This document shows, piece after piece, positions 60,937-64,000 of a stretch of 64,000 nt of DNA; position 1 is the stretch's first letter; every line of letters begins with the position of its first letter. The position numbers and the translations under genes were made by a program. Below the pieces are notes generated by a model that saw only the letters and a program-made list of their open reading frames with translations, did no database searches and was not told the origin of the DNA. The stretch covers positions 76,445,300-76,509,299 of the forward strand of contig NC_090387.1 in assembly GCF_036365525.1 (NCBI RefSeq), written 5' to 3'. The DNA comes from Heterodontus francisci (lineage: Eukaryota).

Positions 60937-61694
60937 ATGACTAATTGGGGGGTTAGGATTAGTAAGCTCGTGGATGACACAAAGACTGGCCGAGTTGTTA
61001 ACAGTGAGGTGGAGTGCCTTAGGTTACAGGAAGATATAGACGGGATGGTCAAATGGCAGAAAAGTGGCAGATGGAATTTAACGCTGGAAAGTGTGAGGTG
61101 ATACACTTTGGAAGGAGTAATGCGACACGGAAGTATTCAATGAATGGCCTGACACTGGGAAGTTCTGAGGAACAAAGGGACCTTGCCCTGTTTGTACATA
61201 GATCTCTGAAGGCAGAAGGGCAGGTTAATAGGGTGGTGAAAAAGGCATATGGGACACTTGCCTTTATCAATAGAGGCATAGATTACAAAAGCATGGAGGT
61301 CATGTTGGAGTTGTACAGAACTTTGGTAAGGCCACAGCTGGAGTACTGTGTGCAATTCTGGTCGCCACATTATAGGAAGGATGTGATTGCATTGGAGGGG
61401 GTGCAGAGGCGATTCACCAGGATGTTGCCTGGGATGGAACATTTAAGCTATGAAGAGAGGTTGGATAGGCTTGGGTTGTTTTCGTTGGAACAGAGAAGAC
61501 TATTCGAGGTGTACAAGATTATGAGGGGCATGGACAGGGTGGATAGGGAGCAGCTGTTCCCCTTAGTTGAATGGTCAGTTACGAGGGGTTACAAGTTTAA
61601 GGTGAGGGGCGGGAGGTTTAAGGGGGATTTTAGGAAGAACTTTTTTACCCAGAGGGTGGTGACGGTCTGGAATGCCCTGCCTGGGAGGGTGGTA
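60937..61694 (+). mobile_element. Internal CR1 ORF2 fragment inside the 5' LTR of Gypsy element 3
   Basis: ORF 61053-61709; absent from the sister LTR at ~54915; no 3' tail. Confidence 0.88.
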
Positions 61695-62669
61695 GAATGC
61701 ACCCTTTGAATCGTAGTCTCCAAATGGATGTTTCTAAGACAACGAAAATGCACCTTCCTATAGCTCCTAAGGCTTGTCGGGTCTTAAAGAAATACTGATC
61801 CCTTGCAAGCCTTAAAGACAAACCGCATATTCTGAAAACAAAAGTACAGGACCATGACAATACAGACACAGACAGCTAGACCAGCATATACTGAAAGAAT
61901 TAGAGCTCCCTCTCACGGTTTATTTAAACCCTATTTAATATACTCTCAGAATTCTAATGTCAAGCCTGATTAATTTCAGAAAAGAAAATATCCAAATGCC
62001 TTTAACTTCTGAACTGTCCTTGCTGTAATTCATCACGGGAAAAGAAGAGTATCAATTCAACTGCTGAATTAGACTGCATACTGTTCAACTGTTGAAGAAC
62101 CCTTTCCCCCCATCGGATGGCTGTCAGGATTCATGCGACCTTGGACTACTCCACATTGGAAGATTTCACTTCAGCAGGAGCGTAAATATGCAAGGACACT
62201 ATTATTTTTTCTATTTTAAATGTTGTTTATTACTTAGTAGTATTTAAGAATTTAGTTTTCCTAATTAAACAGTTAATTTGTGGATGCAAAGCCCAAACCT
62301 GGTTTGGTTAGCCTCATTCAGAGGTTAGTAGATGGCACAATTTGGCTGGGTCTCTCTTTAATTTGCAAAGTTTAAAAATGATATGTTGGGCAATCTGTGG
62401 AGGGAGCGGACTGAATCAACAGTGTGTTTCTTGCACCACAATAAGAATCATATATTTTGATTGGGGGCTTTGACGAGCGGTCGGTCATAACTCATGGAAT
62501 CCCTAATGAAAAATTGAAACTGTAGTATTTGGTAGAATCATAGAGCCATCGATCGTAGAAGGAGGCCATTGGTCCATCTTGCCTTTGTTGGCTCTTTGAA
62601 AGAGCTGTGAAATTAGTCCCACTCCCTTGCTTTTTCCCCATAGCCCTGCAAAATATTCCTTTCCTAGTA

Positions 62670-64000
62670 CACATCCATATTCGGGCAAGATTCCATGACA
62701 TTGGAAAATAGCGAATGTAACTCCTTTATTCAACAAGGGAGGGAGGCAGAAAGCAGGAAACTACAGGACAGTTACCTTAACATCTGTCTTAGGGAAAATG
62801 TTAGAAGCTATTATTCAAGACGTTTTAGCAGGGCACTTAAAATAAATTCAAGGTAATCAGGCAGAGTCGACATGGTTTTTTGAAAGGGAAATCATGTTTA
62901 ACCAATTTATTGGAGTTCTTTGAACAAGTAACGTATGCTGCAGATCAAGGGGAACCGGTGCATGTACTGTACTTGCATTTTCCGAAGGCATGTGCTAAGG
63001 TTATTCAAAGGTTATTGCGAAAACTAAAAGTTGATGGTGTAGGGGGTAACATATTGGCATGCATAAAACTTTGGTTAGCTAATAGGAAACTGAGATTAGG
63101 CATAAATGGGTCGTTTTCTTGTTGGCAAGATGCAATGAGTGATGTGCCACAGAAACCATTTCTTGGGCCTCAAATTTTGCAATTTATATTAATGACTTGA
63201 ATGAAGGGACCAAAAGTATGGTTGCTAAATTTGCTGATGACACAAAGACAGGTAGGAAGGTAAGTAGTGAAGCCGACATAAGAAGGCTACAAACGGATAT
63301 AGGTAGGTTTAGTGAGTAGACAAAGATCTGACAAATGGAGTATAATGTGGGAAAATGTGCAATTATCCATTTTAGCAAGAAGAATAAAAAAGAAACATGT
63401 TATCTAAATGGTGAGAGATTGCAGAGCTCTGAGATGCAGATTGATCTGGGTGTCCTAGTGCATGAATCGCAAATGGTTAGTATGCATGTTCAGCAAGTCA
63501 TTAGGAAAGCTAATAGAATGTTATTGTTTATTGCGAGGGAATTGAATACAAAATAGGGAGGTTATGTTTCAGTTATACAGGACATTGGTGAGACCACATC
63601 TGGAGTACTGTGTATAGTATTGGTCTCCTTATTTAAGGAAGGATGTAAATGAATTGGAAACAGTTCAGAGAATGTTTAATTTGACTAATACCTGGAATGG
63701 GTGGGTTGTCTCATGAGGAAAGGTTGAACAGGCTAGGCTTGTATCTGCTGGAGTTTAGAAGAGTCAGAGGCGACTTGATTGAAACATATAACATGCTGAG
63801 GGGTCTTGACAGGGTCGATGTGGAAAGGATGTTTCCCCTTGTGGGTAAATCTAGAACTGGGGGTCACTGTTTAAAAAATAAAGGCTCACCCATTTAAGAC
63901 AGAGATGAGGAGAATGTTTTTTTTCTCTGAGGGTCATGAACTCTTCCTCAAAAGGCAGTGGAATCAGAATATTTATAAGGCAGAGGTGGGAAAATTCTTG
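62670..64000 (+). mobile_element. Decayed CR1 LINE RT region running off the window
   Basis: KSCLTNLLEFF, FADDTK, RGDLIETY remnants. Confidence 0.85.

Larger units (their letters stand above)
54695..61859 (-). mobile_element. Gmr1-like Gypsy LTR element 3 nested in the 3' LTR of element 2
   Basis: 5' LTR 61859-60178 (TGTCATG...CATGACA); SCAN-like gag (YHQKFRNL, LLLEEFKNSIP); protease IILRDTEATQ; polypurine tract 55095-55086; truncated 3' LTR 55085-54695. Confidence 0.88.
49877..62492 (+). mobile_element. Gmr1-like Gypsy LTR element 2: both LTRs, non-autonomous, 3' LTR split by element 3
   Basis: 5' LTR 49877-50735; internal region to 54569; 3' LTR pieces 54570-~54675 and 61860-62492; 4-bp TSD CATG on both outer sides. 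Confidence 0.88.

Overview
Repeat-dense vertebrate DNA, most likely elasmobranch (shark), judging by HE1-like V-SINEs, a Deu-SINE and many CR1 LINEs. The long ORFs in the track are all transposon-derived: CR1, RTE, Penelope-like and Gmr1-like Gypsy, plus a Harbinger fossil. Between the repeats, on the minus strand, I reconstructed by hand a small cluster of immunoglobulin-superfamily receptor genes that the ORF track does not assemble. Gene A (15697->4840) has six exons with matching phases: leader, germline-joined VJ-type V domain, transmembrane (TM) exon with an Arg, and three cytoplasmic exons; it is disrupted as assembled. Gene B has three intact cytoplasmic exons (24697->21776) encoding a SIRP-alpha-like four-tyrosine/ITIM tail. 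Decayed C1-set and TM exons lie at 49.7-49.0 kb. The two tail modules form a segmental duplication that ends where a ~100-unit 37-bp minisatellite begins. Other notable signals: minimal hammerhead-ribozyme motifs in Penelope-derived termini, two separately inserted CR1 copies sharing one TGA that splits ORF2 between endonuclease and RT, and nested non-autonomous Gmr1-like LTR elements with tandemly multiplied tRNA-Pro primer-binding sites.
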